Made by a program: the position numbers and the translations under genes. Source: Rubripirellula sp. (GTDB lineage: Bacteria; Planctomycetota; Planctomycetia; Pirellulales; Pirellulaceae). Taken from it: a stretch of DNA of 64,000 bases. Shown here piece by piece: positions 10,390 to 18,271 of the stretch. The stretch lies in contig OZ244207.1 in NCBI GenBank assembly GCA_965216875.1, positions 4,608,001 to 4,672,000 on the forward strand. The letters are read 5' to 3'. Under the pieces are notes generated by a model. That model was not told the origin of the DNA, did not search any database, and saw only the letters and a program-made list of their open reading frames with translations. Position 1 is the stretch's first letter, and every line of letters begins with the position of its first letter.

Positions 10390-10863
10390 ATGCGTTCCAT
10401 TCTTGCTCTCACGTTGACCATTGTTTGCGTTGCCACCGCATCGGCTCACCATCCAGATCGTGAAAACAAACGCGTGCATCCCTACTATGACCTGATCGGG
10501 CCAATCGGGAATCGCCTGCCGATTTCACATCGCCGTGCCTACAACCGCCCGACCTATTGGGGCGGCAAAATCGCCTACTGGATAGAACCAACCAGCCAGG
10601 AAGCGATGGCATGGCACAATGCCGAGCACCGTAACGCCTACAAGAACCACCGACCGCGAATCGAAGTCCACTACTTCTATCCCAAACCATGGGAAGCGCT
10701 CAAAGTCGGCGCTCGTCCAGCTCCAGAAACCGCCATCGATTCGGTTCTTGACGCCCTCGGCGGGGACGAACCACAACAGGACGAACCGGCAGAGGAAGAA
10801 ATGGAACTTCCACAGCCTCTTCCAGCAGGCCCACTGACGGCCGACGAGCAACTGATCGAGTAA
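10390..10863 (+). CDS. Secreted hypothetical protein
   Basis: Signal peptide ending ASA, aromatic/basic core, acidic tail. Confidence 0.75.
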   Translation: MRSILALTLTIVCVATASAHHPDRENKRVHPYYDLIGPIGNRLPISHRRAYNRPTYWGGKIAYWIEPTSQEAMAWHNAEHRNAYKNHRPRIEVHYFYPKPWEALKVGARPAPETAIDSVLDALGGDEPQQDEPAEEEMELPQPLPAGPLTADEQLIE

Positions 10864-10971
10864 TTGAGGTTGCTAGCAACTGTAAACATCGCGAATGAGA
10901 TTTTTCCTCAGAAGCGTCAAAGTTTACCCAACCGTCCTCCGATAACAGTCATTGGACGAGGTCCTGCCGAC

Positions 10972-10994
10972 CGCCGATTGTCTGACAATCCGCG
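10972..10994. promoter_or_regulatory. Candidate operator palindrome GATTGTC-T-GACAATC
   Basis: Perfect 15-bp dyad at 10976-10990, extending to 23 bp with one mismatch, ~130 bp upstream of the TolC-like gene. Confidence 0.4.
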
Positions 10995-11119
10995 AGTTTG
11001 CCGGTCCTTGTGAGGGGGGCTTCCAACATTGGGCTCGTACGGGAACGAATCCTGGTCGCTGCGTTAGCGACGGAAACAGGGTTTCGTTTCACGACGGCAC
11101 GACTCAGGAAGTCCAGAGC

Positions 11120-13567
11120 ATGAATCGCTCGCTGTTTCGCATTACCGCATACTTGCAGCTTGGCCTGGCCGTTCTATTGGCGACAGGTTGCACGCCGACA
11201 CAACCGTTCTTCATCAACGAGTCGCCCGATCTTCAGTATTATCTGAATTCGGCGACCGACATCGAATATCCCGATGTCGAAGTGGAGAGTCTGGCGGAAA
11301 CGACGCACTCGATGCGTCCGTTGAGTATTGGCAACCACGATTACAAGTTCTGGGACTTGTCGTTGGAAGAGTGCGTATCGATCGCGCTCCAAAATGCAAA
11401 ATTCTTTGTCACCACCAGTGGCAACGCCGAGATCCGCCAGAACGTTGCGGCTCAATTCACAAGTGGCACGCCCGATCAGTTCGGCAGCATTTACGATATC
11501 GCGATTCAACAATCGACGACTCAATCGATTCCTTTGACGGTCGATGGCAGCGGCAACCGCGTCTTGCCACGAGGCGTCTTGCGAGCCAACCAAGTCGGCG
11601 GTGTTGAAGATGCATTGGCCGAATTCGACGCCCAAGCGAGTGCCTTCCTTAACGTCAGCACGACCGACCGACCACGAAACTCGACGCAAAACAACGTCGT
11701 CAACCCGGTCATCGCTCAGGCCACCGACACGACTCAACAAGCTGCGATCAGTAAGCGATTCGCTACCGGTGGTGTTGGAACCTTCCGTCAGCAAATCATC
11801 TACAGCCGCAATAACACCCCAACGGCACTCAACACGCCACCGGGAATCCGAGCGGTGCCAAGCGACTGGACCGCCGTTCTCGAAGCACAGATCCAACACC
11901 CGCTGATGCGAAACCGCGGCACGTTGGTCAACCGCATTCCCGTGGTGCTGGCGAGTTTGAACGAAGACATCACGATCGCCGACTTCGAGATCCAAGTTCG
12001 AAACTTGGTTCGCGATGTCGAAAACAAATACTGGGACTTGTACGTCGCCTATCGAAACGTTTCGACGCGCATCGTTGCTCGTAACAGTGCCATGGCAACC
12101 GCTCAGCTGTTGCGACTGCAGTTCGACCAAGGGGCACAGGCTCGCCAAGACCTGGCACAAGCGGTTGGGCAGTACTACCAAATCCGAAGCCAACTCGAGG
12201 GCGCACTCGGCGGATCAAACGTTCTCGGCGAAGACCGAACGGGCGTCTACGGTGCGGAACGCGAACTTCGCGAACTGATGGGTCTGGCTGCAACCGACGG
12301 ACGATTGATTCGTCCGATTCAAGAACCATCGATCGCTCGAGTGGAATTCGACTGGGAAGAGAGCGTTGCTCAAATGCTCTACCTCTCGCCCGAACTGCGT
12401 CGCAACAAGACTCGACTCAAGCAAAGCGAATTGGAGTTGATCTCGGCCAAGAATCAAATCTTGCCCGACGTGAACCTGTCGCTGCTTTATCGCTGGGTCG
12501 GTGTTGGCGACACGCTCGGTCCACCGCGTCGCCGTGACCGCAGCATCTTTGATGGTGTCGTCGATCCAGGCAACACGAACCCGTTCTTGGGAAGCAGTGC
12601 ACTTGGCGAATTGACCGGTGGCGGTTTCCAAGAGGGTGCGATCCGACTCGAAATCACTCCACCCGCCTTTGGTGCACGTCGTGAACTGACCCGCATCCGC
12701 GGTGCCCAGTGGCGTCTGCTCCGCGAGAAGGGATTTTTGCAAGAACAGGAACGTCTGCTGGTCAGCCAATTGAGCGATGCGTTTGCAAAGGCGGCAACGC
12801 ACTTCCAACAAGTTCAAACCAACGCTCAACGGTGGCAAGCAAGCGAAGAAGAAGTCGACGCACGTCTGACCGACTTCTCAGCGGGCCGCAGCGACATCAA
12901 CCTGTTGCTGCAAGGTCAACAACGTCGTGCGGAGGCTCAAATTGCTTACTACCGAGCACTCGCCGAATACAACAAGTCACTCAACTACATCGACTTCCTC
13001 AAGGGAACGTTGTTGGCCAACAGCAACATCACCCTTGCCGAAGGACCTTGGAACAAGAAAGCGTACTGGGACGCACTGGAACGTGCTCGCGAACGAAGTG
13101 CGGGCAAAAAACTGCAATGGGGCGTCACACGACCTGGTGTCGTGCGTCGCGGCCCAGTCCTCGACGCCGACGCTGCAGTGCGAATCAACAAGGACACCAT
13201 CAACGGTGACGCGATCCCACCAGAGGGCATGATCCTCAACGAGGACGGTGGAATCGAAATGGTCCCTCAACGTGACGCAGTCGAAGTGCAAGACCGACCA
13301 CTCAGCGAGATGGGTTCGCCCAGCGAAATGCTCGACATCGGCCCCAACATTGCACCACCAGCACGTGGCGATGTGATTGAGAACTCCGGTTCGTCGATCT
13401 TGCCGGGAGCCACCGCACCTGTAACCCCACCACAAACGAGCACTCAATCGCTTCGACGATTGGACGTTTCACACAATGTGGTGCCCATGAGCCATCAAGA
13501 AGTGATCGAAACTTCCAACGCACCGATTCCGGTGCGACGCACGCCGGTTCCAACGGCACCCCAGTAG
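11120..13567 (+). CDS. TolC/outer-membrane efflux family lipoprotein with long extensions
   Basis: Lipobox-like LATGC, LSLEECVSIALQN, VRDVENKYWDL, AKNQILPDVNL, coiled-coil repeats. ATG at 11120 follows AGGAAG. Confidence 0.8.
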   Translation: MNRSLFRITAYLQLGLAVLLATGCTPTQPFFINESPDLQYYLNSATDIEYPDVEVESLAETTHSMRPLSIGNHDYKFWDLSLEECVSIALQNAKFFVTTSGNAEIRQNVAAQFTSGTPDQFGSIYDIAIQQSTTQSIPLTVDGSGNRVLPRGVLRANQVGGVEDALAEFDAQASAFLNVSTTDRPRNSTQNNVVNPVIAQATDTTQQAAISKRFATGGVGTFRQQIIYSRNNTPTALNTPPGIRAVPSDWTAVLEAQIQHPLMRNRGTLVNRIPVVLASLNEDITIADFEIQVRNLVRDVENKYWDLYVAYRNVSTRIVARNSAMATAQLLRLQFDQGAQARQDLAQAVGQYYQIRSQLEGALGGSNVLGEDRTGVYGAERELRELMGLAATDGRLIRPIQEPSIARVEFDWEESVAQMLYLSPELRRNKTRLKQSELELISAKNQILPDVNLSLLYRWVGVGDTLGPPRRRDRSIFDGVVDPGNTNPFLGSSALGELTGGGFQEGAIRLEITPPAFGARRELTRIRGAQWRLLREKGFLQEQERLLVSQLSDAFAKAATHFQQVQTNAQRWQASEEEVDARLTDFSAGRSDINLLLQGQQRRAEAQIAYYRALAEYNKSLNYIDFLKGTLLANSNITLAEGPWNKKAYWDALERARERSAGKKLQWGVTRPGVVRRGPVLDADAAVRINKDTINGDAIPPEGMILNEDGGIEMVPQRDAVEVQDRPLSEMGSPSEMLDIGPNIAPPARGDVIENSGSSILPGATAPVTPPQTSTQSLRRLDVSHNVVPMSHQEVIETSNAPIPVRRTPVPTAPQ

Positions 13568-13654
13568 GGGCAAGCGACTCACCAAAATTCCGTAGGGCGG
13601 AGGCTCTGCGAGGGCTGCCCATTTTACGCGTCGGGAACCACAGCCCTCGTACAC

Positions 13655-13694
13655 GAACAGCTCGAGTTCGCTAACCAAGCGACTCGAGCTTTTC
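13655..13694 (+). terminator. Putative intrinsic terminator after the TolC-like gene
   Basis: Stem AGCTCGAGT-TCGCT...AGCG-ACTCGAGCT followed by TTTC. Confidence 0.55.
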
Positions 13695-13712
13695 GTCGTT
13701 TCCCACGTCTTC

Positions 13713-13733
13713 GTAGGTCATGCTCCGCATGAC
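13713..13733 (+). repeat. REP family D: GTAG-GTCATGC-NNN-GCATGAC
   Basis: Other copies at 27204-27224, 30539-30560 (-), 36098-36118 (-), 36137-36157 (-) and 40697-40717. Confidence 0.88.
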
Positions 13734-13778
13734 ACGTGTTTGTACTGCGGGTGATTGAGTGTGAGGCTCGACGTTATA

Positions 13779-13813
13779 GTGCAGAGGCCCGACGCTAGCG
13801 AGTTCGGCTCACT
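13779..13813 (+). repeat. Repeat family J, intact copy GTGCAGAGGCCCGACGCTAGCGAGTTCGGCTCACT
   Basis: A second copy is split by the IS (13897-13916 and 15594-15612); a degenerate copy lies at 41011-41038. Confidence 0.8.
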
Positions 13814-13815
13814 AT

Positions 13816-13893
13816 GTAGCTACCGTCGCCAGAAGGTGGTTTTCATCGTTGGACCAGTCTCCACTGTCACCGCGCTCTGGCGAGCGTAGCGAC
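13816..13893. repeat. REP family E (GTAGCTACCTTCGCCAGAAGGTGG) with inverted partner
   Basis: Other copies at 49119-49142, 60995-61010 (truncated) and 61018-61041. Confidence 0.8.
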
Positions 13894-13916
13894 GTTGTGC
13901 AGAGGCCCGACGCTAG

Positions 13917-15593
13917 CCCGAATTATTCATGGGTTTTGAGATTTTGAGTTGCTGGGGTGATCGAGGTTGTTTTTCGGGGGCTGTGCCGAAGTCGGCGCGG
14001 AGGGCCCCTTACCCCAATGACCTGATTGGCCACGAGCGACTAGCGAGCGCTTCGATGGGGGCGATTAGTCGCTGGCATGGTAGGCCGCCAGTGCGACACT
14101 GACTCGGTGTAGGTGTCGCCAGTGAGGCCAAGAAGTTGGAACGAGAAGACGCACCTTGCGGCTAAGCAGTTCCACTCGCGCTGCCACTTTCACGACCAGT
14201 TTTCGCCAAGTCATCGCTTGCCCGCGACCCAATGGATCGTGTCGGCGATTGCGACTTCGGTGACGCTGCTTTTGAGGTGTTGGCAACGCCTCGAATGGAA
14301 GGTGGGTTGACGGATCGACCGGTTCATCCAGTGGGCTCGCAACGATCCTCCGTAGTCTCGCCAGCAAGTTGTAAGAGACACAGTGCAACATCATCCGGAA
14401 CAGATTCGCCATGTAGCGGTGGTCGCTCAGGCGGTCAGCGCAGAGGTCCACACTCAATTCTTTGTTTCGGTTTTCACTTTCGCCCCGATCCCCATACTCT
14501 TGATAGACTCCGTCGGGGTATTGCTCGGCGCCTGGACGATTGGTCACCACGACACGTCGGTTGGTTCCTTCGCTGGTCACTTCACATTTAAAGACCAAGT
14601 CACGTTCCCGTTTCCAGGTTCCAGCTTGATGTTTGCGGTGCATGAACCGACACTGCTCCTGTCCGGACGACTCGAATGCCAACTCGGCAACACACTTCAA
14701 TTCGTCCGTAAATCTCCGCATTAACCGGTCCATTTGGTAACCGATGCTATACGTCACTCCGGAGCGAGATTCCAGTGCCTCGTAGATGTAGGGTGTGGCG
14801 AAGCCGTTGTCGGCTCGCACATGCACCCGAACATCCGGGAACTTCTGACGCAACGCGTCGATGATTCGAAGCAGGTCATCGTCTGCGGCCAATGCAACAT
14901 TGGCCGTCCCATACAGCAAAACAGGGAGAACCACCTGTTGGTTTTCAGCACAAGTGATCACACGCTCCTGGTACATGTGCTGACGGTAAAACCCGTTGAA
15001 GAAGGTTAGTTGCTGGGCGCCGTGCGTGGCGTCGGCAAAGGTGTCGATATCAAGGGTGACCTCGGAGGGTGGCTCGTCAAACGACTCGACGAATGCCTTG
15101 ATGAACCAGTCCTCCAGAGCCAGCAGATCTCTCGGGGTGATCCCATTTTCAATTCTGGAGATGGTGGGCTGACTCGCCAAATCCCCCTCTTGAACCGTAC
15201 GCCCAGCGATCAACTTGAAGATAGGATCCGAGCGCAACGTGTCGTGATCGTCTTGGTCTTCGTAGCCAGCGATGATTCCAAAAACGCGCTGTCGAATAAC
15301 GCTCAAGAGAGAATGAGTCGGCTTGCGTCTGACTTCGCCGATGCAATTAGAAAACGATTCAGTCAGCCCGAGCTTATCGTCGAGTTCGCGGAACACCACG
15401 AGGCCACCATCGCAACTGACATGTTCGTCAACTTGCCGAACTTCAATCGTTCGCCCCGGGAAAAAGTCGAACAACGCTGGCTGTAAATCGTGTACCATTG
15501 GGGCGAGCCTTTTTGTGGGTCGTAAGTTGATGTCAGATACCAACTTGGACGCACGAAAGGCTCTTTTCGTTCAACTCTGATGAATAATTCGGG
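13917..15593 (-). mobile_element. Complete IS1380-family insertion sequence (1677 bp)
   Basis: Perfect 14-bp terminal inverted repeats CCCGAATTATTCAT (13917-13930) and ATGAATAATTCGGG (15580-15593). CTAG duplicated at 13913-13916 and 15594-15597. Encloses the transposase gene. Confidence 0.93.
14065..15498 (-). CDS. IS1380-family DDE transposase
   Basis: SCDGGL, GYEDQDDHDTLRSDP, LASQPTISR, TLDID, VRADNGF, YGDRGESENRNKE. Likely start is the ATG at 15498 (the track uses TTG 15543). Confidence 0.92.
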   Translation of the reverse strand: MVHDLQPALFDFFPGRTIEVRQVDEHVSCDGGLVVFRELDDKLGLTESFSNCIGEVRRKPTHSLLSVIRQRVFGIIAGYEDQDDHDTLRSDPIFKLIAGRTVQEGDLASQPTISRIENGITPRDLLALEDWFIKAFVESFDEPPSEVTLDIDTFADATHGAQQLTFFNGFYRQHMYQERVITCAENQQVVLPVLLYGTANVALAADDDLLRIIDALRQKFPDVRVHVRADNGFATPYIYEALESRSGVTYSIGYQMDRLMRRFTDELKCVAELAFESSGQEQCRFMHRKHQAGTWKRERDLVFKCEVTSEGTNRRVVVTNRPGAEQYPDGVYQEYGDRGESENRNKELSVDLCADRLSDHRYMANLFRMMLHCVSYNLLARLRRIVASPLDEPVDPSTHLPFEALPTPQKQRHRSRNRRHDPLGRGQAMTWRKLVVKVAARVELLSRKVRLLVPTSWPHWRHLHRVSVALAAYHASD

Positions 15594-15635
15594 CTAGCGC
15601 GTTCGGCTCACTTGTGTAGTCAGCCCTTCGATCGC

Positions 15636-17096
15636 TCAATCATCGCCCTTGATTTCGTAGAGCTGCTCTTTCAACTTGGCAAAGAGTGATGGGTTTTGGT
15701 CGGCAACGTTGGTCGCTTCCGTCGGGTCGGCGTCCAAATCGACCAACACCCATGGTTCGCCAAACGGTTTTCCCTTGGGTTGTTGCCTGCCGCCACTGCC
15801 GTTGCCAGCGATCAATTTCCACTTGCCATCACGGATTGCAAACATGCCTGAAGCCGAATGGCAAATCAGCGGCGGACGATCGAAGGCTTCACTCGGGTCC
15901 TCCAACACCGGTGCAAAACTGAATGAGTCAGGACCGGCGCCGTTGGGCAAGTCAATTCCAATGTGATCGGCCAGCGTTGCCATCACATCGACAAGTCCGA
16001 CCACATGATCGACGCGCGTCCCGGCATGCTTGCGTTTCGGCAAACGCACAAAAAAGGGCACTCGATGGCCGGCTTCCCAGATATCTGCCTTGGTTCCTCT
16101 CCAAGTCGCGTTGGCGGTGTGATGCTCGGGACGAAACCCCTGGACGCTCTCATCATCGACATGATCTTTCGCAGCGTCGCCGAGTCGATGCATGAACGAG
16201 CCGTTGTCGCTGGTGACAATCACGATCGTATTGTCAGCCAATCCGTTTTGATCGATCGCCCCAAGCACACGTCCCACGACATCGTCGACCTGTTTCAAAA
16301 AGTCACCATAGGGTCCAAGCTCAGTCGTCCCCGCAAACCTTTCACTCGGCAGCACGGGTTTATGGGGCGCGGTGAGCGGAAAGTACAACAGCGTTGGCCG
16401 ATCATTTCCCTTCATCGTCTCGATGACATCGACCGCTTCGTCGGTCAGCCGGTCAAGGCAGCCGCGCATGTCAAAATCGACGGCCCGCGGCCCTCTTCGC
16501 AAAAAGGGGGGAAACGACTGGGCGGATTGCGACACGGTTTCAGTCGTCGTTGCTACGCCATTGTTGAAGTAAACGTAGGGCGGAAAATCGAGCGAAGCGG
16601 TGATGACGAACGAACGATCAAAGCCGACCGTTCCAGGATGATGATAGAGCGGCTTGGAGAGGTCCAAATCCTTTTCGCCACCATGCAGCCCCAGTCCAAG
16701 GTGCCACTTTCCGACGATCGCCGTCTCGTAGCCAGCTCCACCAAAGACGCTGCCAAGTGTCGGACGATCCTTGGCGACAAGTGGCTTGCCGTATCCGTTT
16801 AGGACACCTCGCTTGAGCTTTGTTCGCCAGCAATAACGTCCCGTCAACAGACCGTATCGTGTGGGCGTGCACACCGCCGAGGGCGTGTGGGCGTCGGTGA
16901 AGGTGATCCCTTCACTTGCGAGACGCTCGAAGGCCGGCGTTGCGATCTTCGAGGTTGGATTCAGTGGTGTGACATCGCCGTACCCAAGATCGTCGGCAAG
17001 TATCAAAACGATGTTGGGACGATCAGCAAAAAGCGGCGTTGCGCCAAGCGTGGTAATCGCAACGACGCACAGGGTGCGCAAAATCCGAATCGACAT
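15636..17096 (-). CDS. Formylglycine-dependent sulfatase (S1), secreted
   Basis: PNIVLILADDLGYGD, CTPTRYGLLTGRY, GKWHLG, SDNG, GTKADIWEAGHRVP; signal peptide. Confidence 0.95.
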   Translation of the reverse strand: MSIRILRTLCVVAITTLGATPLFADRPNIVLILADDLGYGDVTPLNPTSKIATPAFERLASEGITFTDAHTPSAVCTPTRYGLLTGRYCWRTKLKRGVLNGYGKPLVAKDRPTLGSVFGGAGYETAIVGKWHLGLGLHGGEKDLDLSKPLYHHPGTVGFDRSFVITASLDFPPYVYFNNGVATTTETVSQSAQSFPPFLRRGPRAVDFDMRGCLDRLTDEAVDVIETMKGNDRPTLLYFPLTAPHKPVLPSERFAGTTELGPYGDFLKQVDDVVGRVLGAIDQNGLADNTIVIVTSDNGSFMHRLGDAAKDHVDDESVQGFRPEHHTANATWRGTKADIWEAGHRVPFFVRLPKRKHAGTRVDHVVGLVDVMATLADHIGIDLPNGAGPDSFSFAPVLEDPSEAFDRPPLICHSASGMFAIRDGKWKLIAGNGSGGRQQPKGKPFGEPWVLVDLDADPTEATNVADQNPSLFAKLKEQLYEIKGDD

Positions 17097-17241
17097 AGGT
17101 GAGTCCGTGGTGGCGGGAAGTTTTTTGGACAAGAAACTCGTCGAAAACAATAGATCGACGCGTCCCAACTTTCAAGTTCCCAGCCCCATCTCGAATCGTT
17201 TCACAGCAACAACTCTCGGGCTCTTGAGCTTTCGCTCCGTC

Positions 17242-18168
17242 CTATTCCGTCGGTACGAGTTTGTAGGCTCGCACGTAATCGTAGTAGGTGGTGTTCTTTG
17301 AATCGTCTTTCAGGTTTTCGAGCAGGGGAGTCTTTTCCCACGTGTAGATTTCGCAAACCAAGTTGACGAACATCGGTTGGTCAAATGGATCAGGACCTAA
17401 ATCCTGTGGTGCCTCGATCGAATAAACGTACTCGCCGTTGACGTAGAACTTCATCGTGTTGGCATCCACCCACCAACATCCGAACGTATAGAAGTCTTCA
17501 CTAACGCCGGTGGGCAACTCGAACCGATTCCCGCTTTTTGCGTGCCCCGTTTGTTTGAAGACTGGCTTGGCCTCCGCTTTCTTTTCATCGTCACCTGCTT
17601 CTTCCGATGCCTGCGGCACTCGTTCGTACTTGAACACGTGCGTGTTGCTCATCAAGTGATTCCCGAAGCTTGGCCAGCGCTGCGCGTTGCCAATACTCTC
17701 TTGAATATCGAGCTCGGTCAGCACATAAGAATCCTTGGTTTGATCAGCATGGTTTTTGAGCCAGAACGTCGACGACGTTGAAACCTCTGATGCTTTCATC
17801 CGACACTCGTAGTACCCAAAGCTCGCTTCGGCTGCTTTGGTTTGCACCGCGCCGCAGGCAATGTTGAAATCGCCGTCAGGTGGATCCAACACCGTGCTCT
17901 TGATTTGCAGGAAGCCGTCTTTGACAGAGATCGACGACGGAACGAACTTGCCGGGAACGCGCCCAACCCAACCAGGGTAGTGATCATGCCACTTGTCGCG
18001 ATCAAGTTCGGTGCCGTTGAATTCGTCGCTATACGGTGCGTTGAGTTCCCAGCGGAATCCCTCGGGCGCCATCGGCAATGTGGTTGCGCGCTCTTGTGCC
18101 GCAAGATCCTGTGAAACGAACAGGCAAAGGCCAACGCAGCAAACCAACCATTTCTGCACACGATTCAT
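17242..18168 (-). CDS. GH16 glycoside hydrolase (porphyranase/agarase/carrageenase-like)
   Basis: SDEFNG, FGYYECRMKA, catalytic ELDIQE, DYVRAYKL. Signal peptide from the ATG at 18168. Confidence 0.88.
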   Translation of the reverse strand: MNRVQKWLVCCVGLCLFVSQDLAAQERATTLPMAPEGFRWELNAPYSDEFNGTELDRDKWHDHYPGWVGRVPGKFVPSSISVKDGFLQIKSTVLDPPDGDFNIACGAVQTKAAEASFGYYECRMKASEVSTSSTFWLKNHADQTKDSYVLTELDIQESIGNAQRWPSFGNHLMSNTHVFKYERVPQASEEAGDDEKKAEAKPVFKQTGHAKSGNRFELPTGVSEDFYTFGCWWVDANTMKFYVNGEYVYSIEAPQDLGPDPFDQPMFVNLVCEIYTWEKTPLLENLKDDSKNTTYYDYVRAYKLVPTE

Positions 18169-18271
18169 TTTCTTAAACCACCTACATGATGCGAAGAAGA
18201 AGAGGAGACTTCGCATCATAGCCCGGTGATTCGACGCGTCTATGCGACTGTGCGCCAATGCTTGCGTGCCG

